In this document: positions 16,501 through 29,620 of the stretch, one piece after another | Position numbering within the stretch: the first letter of the stretch is position 1 | Layout of the letters: each line of letters starts with the position of its first letter | Source: the human T2T-CHM13v2.0 reference genome, Homo sapiens | Length of the DNA: 64,000 nt | Direction: 5' to 3' (one strand) | Assembly: GCF_009914755.1 (NCBI RefSeq) | Contig: NC_060937.1 | Position numbers and translations under genes: made by a program | The notes under the pieces: model-generated | The model's input: the letters and a program-made list of their open reading frames with translations, nothing else | The model's database searches: none | What the model was told of the DNA's origin: nothing

Positions 16501-17959
16501 ATGTTCTTTCAGAGATAAAATAACAAGCAGTTTGTCAGAAAAATAAATTTGACACACCATGTTTTTCCCTTCTTCATCCAAACTGGGGATTTTTTTACCA
16601 TTAAATAATGAGATTTCTTTGATTCTTATGAATATAGTATGAGTGACTTCTATTTCTGTGTAGACTTATTTAAATCATGTTGCTTATTACCATGACAACC
16701 CAAACTACACAATTTAGCAAATATCGGAGACAAACCTGCTTTCTAAATAATCCCCCTTCTGCTCCATTTCCTTACCAAAATACCCATATGTATAATGATT
16801 TCCTCAAGAGCTAAAAACCTTTTCTCTGCAATTGTGCATTTGTTTTTTCATTACTTTGTGAGACCATTTTTATTTTCAAAAAGAAGAATATAGAGGAACA
16901 AAAAAGTATTGGGGTTTTACCAAAGTATCATACAGATTATAATACTTAAAAATAACTTTAAATTATCAGATAATAAATACAACATAATAGTTAAAATTTT
17001 GCCACTCATTATTTTTAAAAAAGTATGCTATAGACAAAATAGTGGTTAAATTTAAATATTAATCATGATATCTATGATAAATTGCTTCAACAATAGTGTA
17101 GCTTATTGACCCAATAAAGAACTATGTATTTTGCCTTAAGTACATGTTTTCAGGAGATGGAGAGGAAAATAGATTTATCAGATCTAGGAGAATATGTCAT
17201 TTTTTATATTAAACATTAGTGTTTTCTTTCTGTTAATGACTAATATGTTATTACAAATATTGAGAGCCACATAGTTTTAATAATAAAATGTATACGAAAT
17301 GCAATGATTTAAAAGGCCAAAAAATCCATTTAGCATTTTGTTTTGCTAGCTCTTTCTTGAGCCAAGAGTGCAGAGGCTAAAGCTTGTATATTTTATATAA
17401 AGGAAAAAATTCATTGCACTGTTAGCTATTCCTGCTCTTGTTTCATTTCTAACTGGGGAAATGCATTTGGCCTCTTTTCAACCCCTGTTAACTGTCCTGC
17501 TCAATAGAGTTAGCCGAATCTTTGTTTATTATGCTCTCTGTGCCTGTCATTTGAGCATAGTGGCAGTTCTGCCAGAATAAATAACACTGCAGTGCCGTAC
17601 AGAAAGGAGAGCAGAATGTCCCTTTTTGGCTCTCCATGACCCTGTCTGTCCCCGAAAAAAACACCAGGAAGGAAATGTCAGTACCACTAGTTAAATATCG
17701 TTTGCCTTTTTCGAATGTAATTTTCTAATTGAGGAGGATGTGCTTTGCAACAAAGGACATTTTCAGTTTTTGTCAGCCTCAAACTTTGAACTATTCTCTC
17801 TTCACATACTGTCTAGTGGAAAATACATTTTCCAAGCCTGGCATCTTTATGTGTGGAGGTGTGAGAAGTTGTGAAGCTACGATTATTGTGGTTATTATTT
17901 TTTGAATATTACCTGTAAATGAGATAGTCTTGGAGCTGCTGATTATTACAGTTTACATT

Positions 17960-18115
17960 GACATTAGCTATGAGGTTGGCATTCTTGTCTCCCTTTTACA
18001 GATAAAGAAAATGGAACTCAGAGAGATTAAGTACATGGCCCAAATCACACAGCCAGAAAATGATGGGCTAGGGATATGAACCCCAGTATGCCAGACTTAA
18101 AAGCCTGAGTTTTTG
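17960..18115. mobile_element. MIR
   Basis: cttttacagataaagaaaatggaactcagagagattaagtacatggcccaa...ggatatgaacccc. Confidence 0.75.
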
Positions 18116-18437
18116 CAAAAATGCCTCCCATGTTGATGACCATCAAAATAGTGATAAAAAAGATTAGTTTTAAAGCTCAAATGTTTTCTAAATAACCCTT
18201 TAAAATATAGGTAATTTCTTTATTTCAAATGAAATTGTTTTGAAAGTTAAATTTATGTGAATATGGACATGCCCCGCAGGCGAGGTTATCCTGTATTCCT
18301 TTCTCTCTGGATCTCCAGCATGCAGCACAGTGCTTTCCCAATCAAGGTGCTCAATATGCATTTATTGAAATGATAAATGAACTCATACAATAGTTAAATA
18401 AAGCCTAGCTTAAATGCCATCATCAAGAGAAGTGTCA

Positions 18438-18890
18438 TGTGGTAAACTGCAAAAAAGTGATCCCAATTTTTATTAGTCTGTGCATCCATGCCATGTACAA
18501 TATAAGTTTGATGCTTCTCTTATAAGAGGTTAATTCTTTTTCCTTTCCCTTTGAATTCGAGCTGGCCTTGTGACTTGCTTTAGCCAACAGAATACAACTG
18601 CAATGATGGTGTGCCAATTCCGAAGCCTTGCCTGATTCTGCTTCCTCTGACCCCTGTCACTGCCATGTGAATAAGGCCAGGCTGGCCTGCTGGAAGATGA
18701 GACAGACACTCGTGTTGCTCCAGCCTTCAGCTGGCCAATTGCGGGGCCGCTGGGTTAGGTCATCCTGAACCTGCTAATGTCTGCCAGGCGGCCCAAGGTG
18801 ACACACACGATTATGAACAATAATAACTACTTACTGTTTTAAGTCACTGAGTTTTGTGGTACTTGGTTATCTAGAAACATTGACTTGCTA
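18438..18890. mobile_element. MaLR LTR (MLT1F/G-like)
   Basis: tgtggta start; cccttgaat..gctggccttgtgacttgctttagccaacagaat; ttgttttaagtcact-like 3' block; ends ca. Confidence 0.65.
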
Positions 18891-19204
18891 CAAGTCTCTA
18901 ATTCAATGTTCATAGCTGTTACTTGGAACCACACATTTTTTGTATGTACATTTGAAGGTCATTATTGAAAAGACAGCTCTCCATTTTATGAGTGATTTGG
19001 GAGATTCTGAGATTATCTGCCTTCCCAGTGTTTTCAGACTCTTTGGTCTGTCATCTTCTGGGCCATTAAAATCCCAAACCTTCAGGTAATGAAGACTGTT
19101 GGTTTTTAGTACTTGTACTAGATTGCAGAAAGATCCAGAAGTGCTTTGTAAAATACTTAGTAGCCAGAAGCCCCTGGAGGAAATGAAATAAGGAGATGGA
19201 GATA

Positions 19205-19514
19205 GAAGGATACAAAGTAGCAAATATGTATGATGAACAAGTGAAAGGACTAATATAGGACATGAGGACTATGGTTAATACCAGCGTGTTGTATTCAGGA
19301 ATTTTGCTCAATGAGTAGATTATACCTGCTCTTGCCATGAGGCAGGGGCGTGGCTAACTATGTGTGGTGATGGACATGTTAATTACTTTCACTCTAATAA
19401 CCATTTACTATATATGTGTATCTCATAGCATCATATTATCTACTTTAACATACACTTTATTTTTACTTTAACATACAACTTATTTTTTAAAAAACCCAAA
19501 TAAAAAATAAAAAA
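19205..19514 (+). mobile_element. L1MA-type 3' end with A-rich tail
   Basis: catgaggactatggttaata...taactatgtgtggtgatggacatgttaatta...; A-rich tail near 19490-19514. Confidence 0.75.
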
Positions 19515-22500
19515 GGAGCGTTTGGGCTGGAAGATAATTAAGGGAGAAAAGGAACTCTACTAATAAAAGCATAATAAGTTAAAAAAAAGTAAACAGCACT
19601 TTTACTGTAGCCCTTAGCTACTGGGTTGAAATGGCATGCAGCTTTCAAATTTTGTCTACATGCATATACAGTAATTTTATCTTTTAATTGGGTTTTAATT
19701 TTTTAAAGGGTAATAGGAAGCAAAAGATCTGGATTCCTATTCTGAGCCTACTACTTAACATTAATGAAATCTTTAGTTAAACATTTATGTCTTGTGAATC
19801 TTAATTTTCTTCATCCCTAAAATTGTGATAATCATATCCCATCTGCCTACAGATGGAGGTTTAGCCTACATATCTCTTTGGCTTGTTTTTGATCTTAAGA
19901 CCTATGAGTCTATAATTCCTAGTTAGGATAAGTTTGAAATTGTCAGTAACACTCAAATATCCTATGCTCTTAAAATACATTTTGGATACATCAGACCAAT
20001 CCATACATTATAGCACTCCAAGACACCGTCAGTTTTCTGATTGGGATGGCTAAAATTGGAATGATTTAGTGCCACACTTTCTTTCATTTTTAATTAAGAA
20101 AAAAAAACCTTTTCAATTGATATCCGTCTCCCGACTGCCAGTAATATTTGAACATTTTATTGATAATATGTGTGAGCTCTAAGGCCAAAGACTAAATCAA
20201 AACAAGAAAGGTAGATTGTAATTCTCTAATTGGTTTGAAGTACAAAATAAATATACCATGCAAAGTAAAATCAAAATTATATTTCTGGAAACAAATACCA
20301 TCTGTACCATTGATTTCATCTCTCCATTCTCCTCTTTCTCTCTCCTGTCTTCCTCCTTCTCTCTTACCAATGCATTTCTCCATCTGAATCTCACGTGAGA
20401 ACCGTGGGAGGAAGAAAGTGATCAGCCCCAGGACAGTGTTTCCCAGAGAACATTCTGTGGGATATTCATCCAAGATTTCCGTGAAACAAATTTTAAAATT
20501 CAAGAAAGGGAGTGCCTGTTGTCCAAAAAAGAGTTGCACATTCTCTTGAAACAGCACAAAGTCCAATGGACTGAAAAGCTTTGAACGTAAGATAAAGAGT
20601 AGCCAGGTTTGGTTGGCCATAGAACTGAGGACACACTTGAAAAACTCTTCAATAGCCTATTTAAAAATATTTAGGAACATTGGAGCCCAAAATGCTATGT
20701 GCCTTCGGAGACTGCTGCTTTCTGTGAGCGGAAGCAGGCAAGCAATTCAATGTTAATAAAAGTGAAGATGACCTCTCCCAGCTTGTTGCTCTCCAAATAG
20801 ACTAAACGCTGCCTGAGGAATAGGTTCCATGCCTTCCATTCTTAATTGTTAAGACTGAAGGGCATGGTGAGGCTTTACAGGACTTTCTAATTGACAGGTT
20901 GAAATTGTGAGGAAGTGCCCACAGTCTTCTCCTTCCATTTGCAAAACAGTTATGTTGAGTCCTCCCTCACCTCTCATTAGTAAAAGTTGACCCAACTACC
21001 TATAGCACTCCTACTATACTGATCTAACATCAGGAAAAGGCAAAATAGAATTTATCAGCCTGGAAAGGTTTTCATCCCTGAGAAGAACTAGTTATTCTGT
21101 GAATGCTTCTAAAATATTCACAGAGCTCAATAAGCCACCCTTAAGGCTCAGCCAGCAGCTGTACAAAGTCTTCACTCTGCTCTATCACAAAACTTTCTTT
21201 CTGCAAATGGATTCTCACTACTTTCTGCCATAATGAATGACCTCTGAATTGGCCTTCCTCAACCCAAATTATGCTAAAAATGCATCCAATTCCATGGGTC
21301 CTGAGGTCTTAGGAGAACTGGTAGGACCACTATTAATGGGTGAATTTTGAAGCCTGCAAATCAGAAGATCACTCTTAGAAATCCTCATACCCATGACCTG
21401 GATTAGCTTGCCTCTCCCAGTGCATCGACCTTAACAAGCCCAAGTCCCAGAGAAGCACTAGAACTCCATGGAGAGCCTGGATTCCTGCCTTTCCTGCAGT
21501 CACCATCCGCATACATTTGCCGTGGCTTTCTCTTGCAGGGTAGCATGTGCCTGCTAGAACTTGTTCATTCATTCACACAAGGGATTCAGACATAGGGAAA
21601 ACTCTCTTTTCAGTGGTTGGTAATCATACCTTTTCTTTGACAATCACAGAAATCTTCCACCCCACCTATCCAGATTAGTCCTGCTGGGGTCCCAACTTTG
21701 TCTCTGTCATCCTGAATTGCTGGCCTCTAAACCAGACCCATGTACTTGGGTTTCGTGCTTTTTGAGTTTCCTTACAATTTTCCTGAGCACTCCTTGACAG
21801 ACCTTGGTCATATCCTCTGACTCACCATCTTCTCTGTGACCCTCAGGTTTGTCAAAAACCAACACATAAACTTCAAATACACCTCACGGCTCAGTCTCCT
21901 TTCAAGCCTATCCTTATGTTAATGTGCGTGGATCCTTTTGTGGCATGAGATCTCTTAAAGATCACTGGGCTAACTTGATTCCGAGTCCTGAATCCTGATG
22001 CTGAACCTTGTCCCACAGTCATCTACAAACTGACACAGACAGACAGTAAGGAAAGAAGTCTCTTATTGATATAATACTGACATTAATATTTCCTTGAAAA
22101 GACAAATAAGCTGCAGATTTCCTGCATCTTCATATAAGTTTTCATTTTGACTTCACCTTTCTACCAAAAGTTGTTCAAATACAATGATACAGACTCATTT
22201 TTTTAAAAGAATGTAGATATAACCACTCTGTGTTATTGTATGGGATGCAGAATAATAGAGTTGGTCACTGACTTTGAGATAGCAAGTACAAACCACACGT
22301 AGTGAACAGCTGAGTTGACTTCACGTGCTGCTGTTGTTTGGGTTTTTTAAAGCTTTTATTCATGCTGTGTTTCTTTAATTGACGTGCATGGTCAGGAAAT
22401 CCATCCCTCCTTGACAACATACATCAGCAGCAAGCAGCCTCCCTCTAGTTTGTCTCGCTGACTCACATCCACATAATTGGTTGAACACAAGGAAGTATTT

Positions 22501-22985
22501 ATCGTTTTTGTGGGAAGGAGTAAAGTCATTATACTGAAGATACCCCCAAGAAGTGGACCTCCGCTTTGACAGCGTAGCGTGTAGCTGACGTGTCAGCAGA
22601 CGTGGGAGGAGACCAGATATAACTCTTAACGATCAGTGAAAACACTAGTGGGAAAAATACGGCGGTCAGTGTATTTAACTTCATGAAGAATGTATTTTCA
22701 GTTCTTCCTGAAGTTCTGGGCCACTCAAACATCTTGCTGGTAATTTGCTTCCTTGCTGATATCTTTCTACTGATAGATGATGCTTGAGCTTCTTGTAGTA
22801 GCCAGAGCCAACCGTAATAATTTCACTATTCTAACATCGTGTTTGATTTGGCATTGCCAAAATGAATCTGCATTTAAGTGCTTCTCATTTAACAAATATT
22901 TATCTAATAATCTATCACAGTGCATAGTTGTGATCCAAGTGAGCATACATTTTGTTTGTTTGTTTTCTACTGTTTTATTGACGTA

Positions 22986-23351
22986 TGTATTAGTCTGTTT
23001 TCACGCTGCTGATAAAGACATACCCGAGACTGGGTAATTTATTAAGAAAAAGAGGTTTAATGGACTCACAGTTCCACATGGCTAGGGAGGCCTCACAGTC
23101 ATGGCAGAAGGCGAAGGAGGAGCAGAGGCACATCTTACATGGCAGCAGGCAAGAGAGCGTGTGCAAAAGGAACCACCTTTTATAAAACCATCAGATCTCG
23201 TGAGACTTATTCACTATCATGAGATTATCGTGAGAAAAATCTGTCCCCATGATTCAATTACCTCCCAAGGGGTCCTTCCCATGACACATGGGGATTATGG
23301 GAGCTACAATTCAAGATGAGATTTGGGTGGGAACACAGCCAAACCATATCA
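22986..23351 (-). mobile_element. THE1 (THE1B/C-like) solo LTR
   Basis: tgtattagtctgttttcacgctgctgataaagacatacc ... cacagccaaaccatatca; TG...CA ends; 5-bp TSD acgta/aggta. Confidence 0.93.
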
Positions 23352-23434
23352 AGGTAGAACATAGCTACAGTGCACGTTATGTGTAAAGTTCAGTATATTT
23401 TTATACATGTAATCTCCATAAAGACTAAGATATA

Positions 23435-23756
<322 letters not shown>

Positions 23757-26700
23757 TTAAAGTCTGAGTGTGGCTTTCACTAATATGAAGGATATAATTG
23801 ATCTGTTATTATGTATACTCTTCTCACTACTACAGTTATTGATGAACTGCTCACTTTCTTATCTCAAATGCAGACAGTGCCCTTTTTGGTTTCTGAGGAG
23901 AACAGAATTAGACTCGGGTGTAAGACCACCAATTGGAAATAGTTTTCTGCAGAGCTTCATAGAACTTACAGACACAGGCCCTACAGCTAGATGGCCAAGT
24001 TCAAATGCTTGGTCTATCTAATACTCATCTGTGTTTGGGGGCAGCTTACTTCACCATTCTGTATCTCAGTATTCCCTAGGATTAAATGAGGAGAGGCATT
24101 TTTAAATGCTCCTAACAGTGCTTTGTGCACGGGACTCCAGTGTTGACCTACATCCTGGATTTTCTCTAAGTCTAATTAACTGCAATGTTCCTCGCAAGGG
24201 GTCCGCAGTTCTGTACTTCCTAACATATATTTCTGTGGGGAAAGGTGCAGGGAATGACTGCATCTAGGAAGATGCTAGTTTGTACAATACCATATAGAAT
24301 AGAGAAGGCCGGACGGCCTCTCTGGTTACTCCCAGCCTCTAGTGCAACTGTCAGAATTGCAAAGGCTTTCCATAATTTCTGGCATGGTTGCAGAAAGTGA
24401 GAAGTCTCAAGTACTTTCTTCAAAGAATAAAAGAGAGGAACCCCCAAAAGTATGCAATCCTAGAGTCCCACTTCTTCCCCCCAAGTTTCTCTCATAGACT
24501 AAAAAACACCCTGAGAGGTTGAAATAAGGTAAGATTTAAGCAGGGTTCACCTCCACAGCGAGGCATCAGGCCAATTAAGGAAAGCAAAACTTTTTGTAAA
24601 TGAATAAATCAGCATATTGACAGGGCAGTTGGTGAATGCCATAGCATAGCTCGGCATCTCCAGGGACTTTCTGGCACTAGCCTCTATGTACGTGCAGCTG
24701 ATCCCAAGGGCAGTAAGTCTGGACAAGATTGCTCACGTCTGGAATGTGTTTATATTTAATTCTTGCCCCATCTGGGGTCCTACTGGTCTAACTCAGTCTG
24801 AGGGTTTTTGTGCCAAGCAGGGTTAAGCTACTTCCTAAACTGACTACTTGGAGAACTCTCTAGGGAATCTCCTTGCCTGAGGATAATTGAGGACAAAAGC
24901 TGCCTTGTACACACCATCAGATTGTTCTGCTCAGATGAAGTGAGTTTACCCGTGTTCTAAGATAGGCATTCTCTTTAATTCAGTCCTTTCTCCACTCTAT
25001 ATCTATCTACATAAAAGGTAAAATGAAAACCAGACTGATGTCTTGGCATTTAATATTTTGTCTGATGTAAAGGGTGTTGCATTTTACTAATATGTCAATG
25101 CAAGCTGACAGTTTTGTTAACTATCAAGAAAGCTCTCGGGAGAATTCTAAGGCAGAATTTGAACTGAAACAGATCATCTAATTCATATGTTAATTTTGCC
25201 TATAGGATTGAGTCTTGGCTGGATCACATGACCTCTCTGCTCCCAGTTGTCAGAAATTGAATGTTAAGTTAAATGCCTGTGGAATAGGAGTCAGATATCA
25301 ATAAGGGGAATGACAGTCAGGTCAACTGCTACGTAGTATGGGCGTTTTGCTGGCTGAAAGTTTTTATTACTATCCTGCCAATGTTGCTATTGCAGTAACA
25401 GACGCATATTTCAGTCATAAATGATGAAATAAATTATTTTAAATGATCATGTTATGCCTGTCAGTAATTGCAAAAGTCGTCCTTAAAATGCTTTAAACTT
25501 GCATTTAGTTTTTCTCCTGACAATGGAATTTTCTTTTTTTTTTAAAACCAAATATGTTTGGATTCAGTATCTATAAAATGTGAAAAAAAGCATTTAGGAG
25601 GAATACCCTTCCAATCAAATGTATGCCACTCTAAATTACCAATTAATAATTCACTTTCCCCAATGTGAACCCATCCTTTAATGATTTTGCCCACCCACAC
25701 ATGCCACAGTGGCCAAATAATCTCTTCTCTGTGTGTTGATGCAATTTGCCATCCTTGTAAGGGAGGGAGGTAGGTATGAAGTGACATGGTGTCACTGATC
25801 TCTGCTGCTCTTTTCCCTAAATTCTATCAAAACAATATGCCATGATTATAGGGTCTCTTCTGCCAAGGTCAACTGGGAAGCAAGGAGGGTAATCGGACCT
25901 GAGAGCCTGACATAGGGACCCTGATGTCAGTGGATAGAGAGGCATCTGTGCTCGGGACCAGCACCCGGCCTTCAGGGGAGAGACCCAGTGCTTTTTCTCC
26001 TTATTCCTGAAGTTGTCCCTGCATCGGCAGCATCTCTTACCACTGGCAAAACCAGACACTTTTCTCCTACCACGATGGGGCTCTAGTATCCCCTCTCTGC
26101 CCTTAAGGTTATTGGTGTCAATTTTCTCTACAAAATTAGAAAATGCCCAAATATATTTTTTAAATGAGGTTAAAGATAAATATTCTTATAATACTAGTAT
26201 AGAACATTTAAGAAATTAAGAAATCACCTCCAGGTCTACCATCTTATTACAGGTACTGTTAACATAGATTTTATTTTTCCTGTGGCTTAGGTTTATTTGA
26301 CATAGTTCAAATTATACTTTAAGAATACTAAAGGTATACATTTTGTTTCTGGCTTTTGTTTTGGGATTAATGTTGTTCATGAACATTTCCTATGTTTTCA
26401 TATTACCTTTATATACACATCAATGAAATATTTGCTGGTTATAAAAATATATGTTTCAATATAGAAACCTTAGAAAGTGGGGAATAGTTAAAAGAAGTAA
26501 ACAAAGCAATATCTCCATTTCCTCTTTCAAGGCTCACTCTATTTCTTTCCAGGCCTTCTGGATATATAATTGGGGTTATTCTTTATACAGAATTTATATA
26601 TTGCTTTCTTAATTTATCATAGGGTTCATGCTATTTAATTAATTGTGTTTTTAGTGTGGGATATAAATAAATGTTTCTTTTTGTAGTTATAGTAATTAAG

Positions 26701-27239
26701 ATAACAATGAACATCCTTGTTGATAAGTCTTTAAAAGCATTTCTCATAGTCTTCTTGGAATAGGTTCCTATATATGGAAGTACTGGTTCAAATGATATGA
26801 ATATTGCAAAGCTTTATAACTAAATTGTTTTTGAGGAAGGCTCTACCGATTTAAACTGTCAGAAAAAGTATATAGGAAAATATCTTTCTCATTCTAATTT
26901 TTTTCAGATTGTATTTCTTTGTAATTTTAATAAGATTGATACTTTTAAAAAACTTATTTTTAAAAAAAGAGGCAACTTTTTGGAAACACTATATAACAGC
27001 TATTTGTTTTAGAACTTTGCATCACCTCTAATTCTAGCAATGATCTAGCTGGACAAATTTTACTTGGTCTCCTATTTGTATACATGATGAAACTCCAGTT
27101 CAAAATATTTAAGTAACTTGTCTAAAGTTAACCAACCCAAAAGTATTTAAACCTACCCCAAGACTGAACATCTCCAAAGTCTGACAAACTTTATCACCAA
27201 ACTGCTTTAAGAAAAATGATGCAGCTCATCACACAGACA

Positions 27240-27241
<2 letters not shown>

Positions 27242-27273
<32 letters not shown>
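27242..27273. repeat. (AC)n microsatellite
   Basis: Read directly from the sequence. Confidence 0.95.
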
Positions 27274-27275
<2 letters not shown>

Positions 27276-28640
27276 CCAAAACAAACAAAAAATCACGCTA
27301 AGCCTCAGCATCATTGTTAGCACTGAATGAACATCATTCCAGACATCTCTTTGTGCATATCATAAGGAGGGCAGGATGGAGAGGAGGATGCATGGATGCT
27401 GGATGGTGAACAGAAAACTGGAGAGACATATCAGCAGATTGAAAAATAGTGATCAAAACGAATGACACAATACATTTTTACATAACACTTACCTATAACA
27501 GAAACAGTTTTATTTATATTACTTATCCTGCAAAGGAGTTTAATAGTTGAAAAAGTGTTCAATAGTTTAAAACACTTATTTTGAGGTTTCCCAAAACTGA
27601 AATCAGAAAAAAAAATTGCATTTGTTTTCTTATACCATTTTAATTTCTTGTTCTAACATTTAATCCATGTAGAGTTTATTTGTACACACTATGAGTTATA
27701 AAGCTATTTTTATTCTTTCTTCTTATAAACTAAGTCAATTAGGAAAATATATTGAATGATTTCTTTTTTTCTCTCACTGTATTATATTCTTTACCGTGAA
27801 ATTTGTACGAAGGCTTTTAAAAAATTCTCTCCCTCCTACTTATGAAGCTTATATTCTACCATATATAACAAAAAATATTACAGACAGGATATTACAGAAT
27901 TATGACTACATTTTTAGAGAAAAAATGGTCATTGAAGTGATGTATTATAGACCCTCATGGATTATAATTATGTACTGTACGTGAAAAACAAAATACAGTG
28001 CAAAGACTGAGGTGGTTGCCAGTTTTGTTCTGCCGTTTGGAAAAAGCAAGGAAATAACAATTTAACGACCAATCAAATAATGGATATTGATCCTATAAGA
28101 ACTATAATAATAACAGAACAGTGTACCCATAGCGTACCCATTGGCAGAAAATTACGACAGCAGTTGTCCCATTCATACTATACGTCAATGATGTGGAAGA
28201 GGTGGGGTACGTGCCCCTCCCAGAAATTCCAGAATTATCTCTGGGCTTCCTTGCAAGAAGCAAGTTCATGCCGACGTCCCCATGCTACCCTTCCCTGCCT
28301 TCCATGTAACCCTCTTCACCTGATCACCATTGCTAGAGTGGCTGTCATTGACTTGGGCCTGTCTTACATCTTTCCTTGCTTACCAAGTGGGCTCAGACAT
28401 TTGAGATTTTTATCATCTGTAACTGTAGTAAATTCTATTTCCAAGAGTGATAGTTCACATTGAAAAAAAAGATTGATTTCTTTAAATTATCCTTCAAAAG
28501 TTCTGCTTTTTTCATTCTTCTTTTAAAAGAATTACTTCTGGAAGAACTTTTAAAGTGACTAAATTTGATCCATCAAAGAACATGCATGTGACTTAATTGT
28601 GTTTTACCTTACATCGCACTTGGGTGTGACGAGAAAGTTC

Positions 28641-28919
28641 TGACTCACTGCTTGCATAGCATGAGAAGACACAAGTATAGCTAGTGAGGACCACCTGACT
28701 CACTGCTTGCATAGCATGAGAAGACACAAGTATAGCTAGTGAGGACCACCTGACTCACTGCTCGCATAGCATGAGAAGACACAAGTATAGCTAGTGAGGA
28801 CCACCTGACTCACTGCTTGCATAGCATGAGAAGACACAAGTATAGCTAGTGAGGACCACCTGACTCACTGCTTGCATAGCATGAGAAGACACAAGTATAG
28901 CTAGTGAGGACCACTTGAC
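28641..28919. repeat. Minisatellite, 5 x 55 bp (tgactcactgcttgcatagcatgagaagacacaagtatagctagtgaggaccacc)
   Basis: Units start at 28641, 28696, 28751, 28806 and 28861. Differences are one t>c in unit 3 and the last base of unit 5. Confidence 0.97.
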
Positions 28920-29074
28920 ATGTAGGCTCAGTTCCTTAAGGGAAAAGAAGTCCAACCTAAGGAGATAGCCACGAGAACTATTTCAGAGAAGCAAATATTA
29001 AATCACCCACATAGTGTTACATTTTTAATTTAAAATCAATTTGGTTTTTGGTTTTTTTGGCCTCAAATTCTTGT

Positions 29075-29283
29075 TTTTTAAAATTTTTAAGTTTAAGGGT
29101 GCATGTACAGGTTTGTTACATAGGTAAACTTGCATCATGGGAGTTTGTTGTACAGATTATTAAAAGACACTATCAACAGAGTAAATAGACAACCTACTGA
29201 ATGGGAGAAAATTTTTGCAAACTATGCATTGGACAAAGGTCTAATATCCAGCATCTATAAGGAACTTAAAACAGATTTACAAG
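29075..29283. mobile_element. Short rearranged L1P: antisense 3' end (~29075-29161) joined to a sense ORF2 fragment (~29162-29283)
   Basis: caggtttgttacataggtaaact...tacagattat, then actatcaacagagtaaatagacaacctactgaatgggagaaaatttttgcaa. Confidence 0.8.
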
Positions 29284-29458
29284 ACGATGTGTTTTTATAA
29301 ATGTGCATGTGTTTGAATCAAAGCATTAAAATAACAGTTTTGGGGGGGCTAACTTTCAGAGTTTTTTTTAATGAGACTCTAAAATAATTATTTCACATTT
29401 TTAGTCCAAATTGGCAGCAATGTGCTAAGTGGCTGGATTCTTCTGACCTGAATAATGA

Positions 29459-29620
<162 letters not shown>

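Noticed and set aside
28641-28919. CRISPR-like appearance of the regular repeat
   Set aside because: Units are head-to-tail with no unique spacers, there are no cas genes, and the context is eukaryotic.
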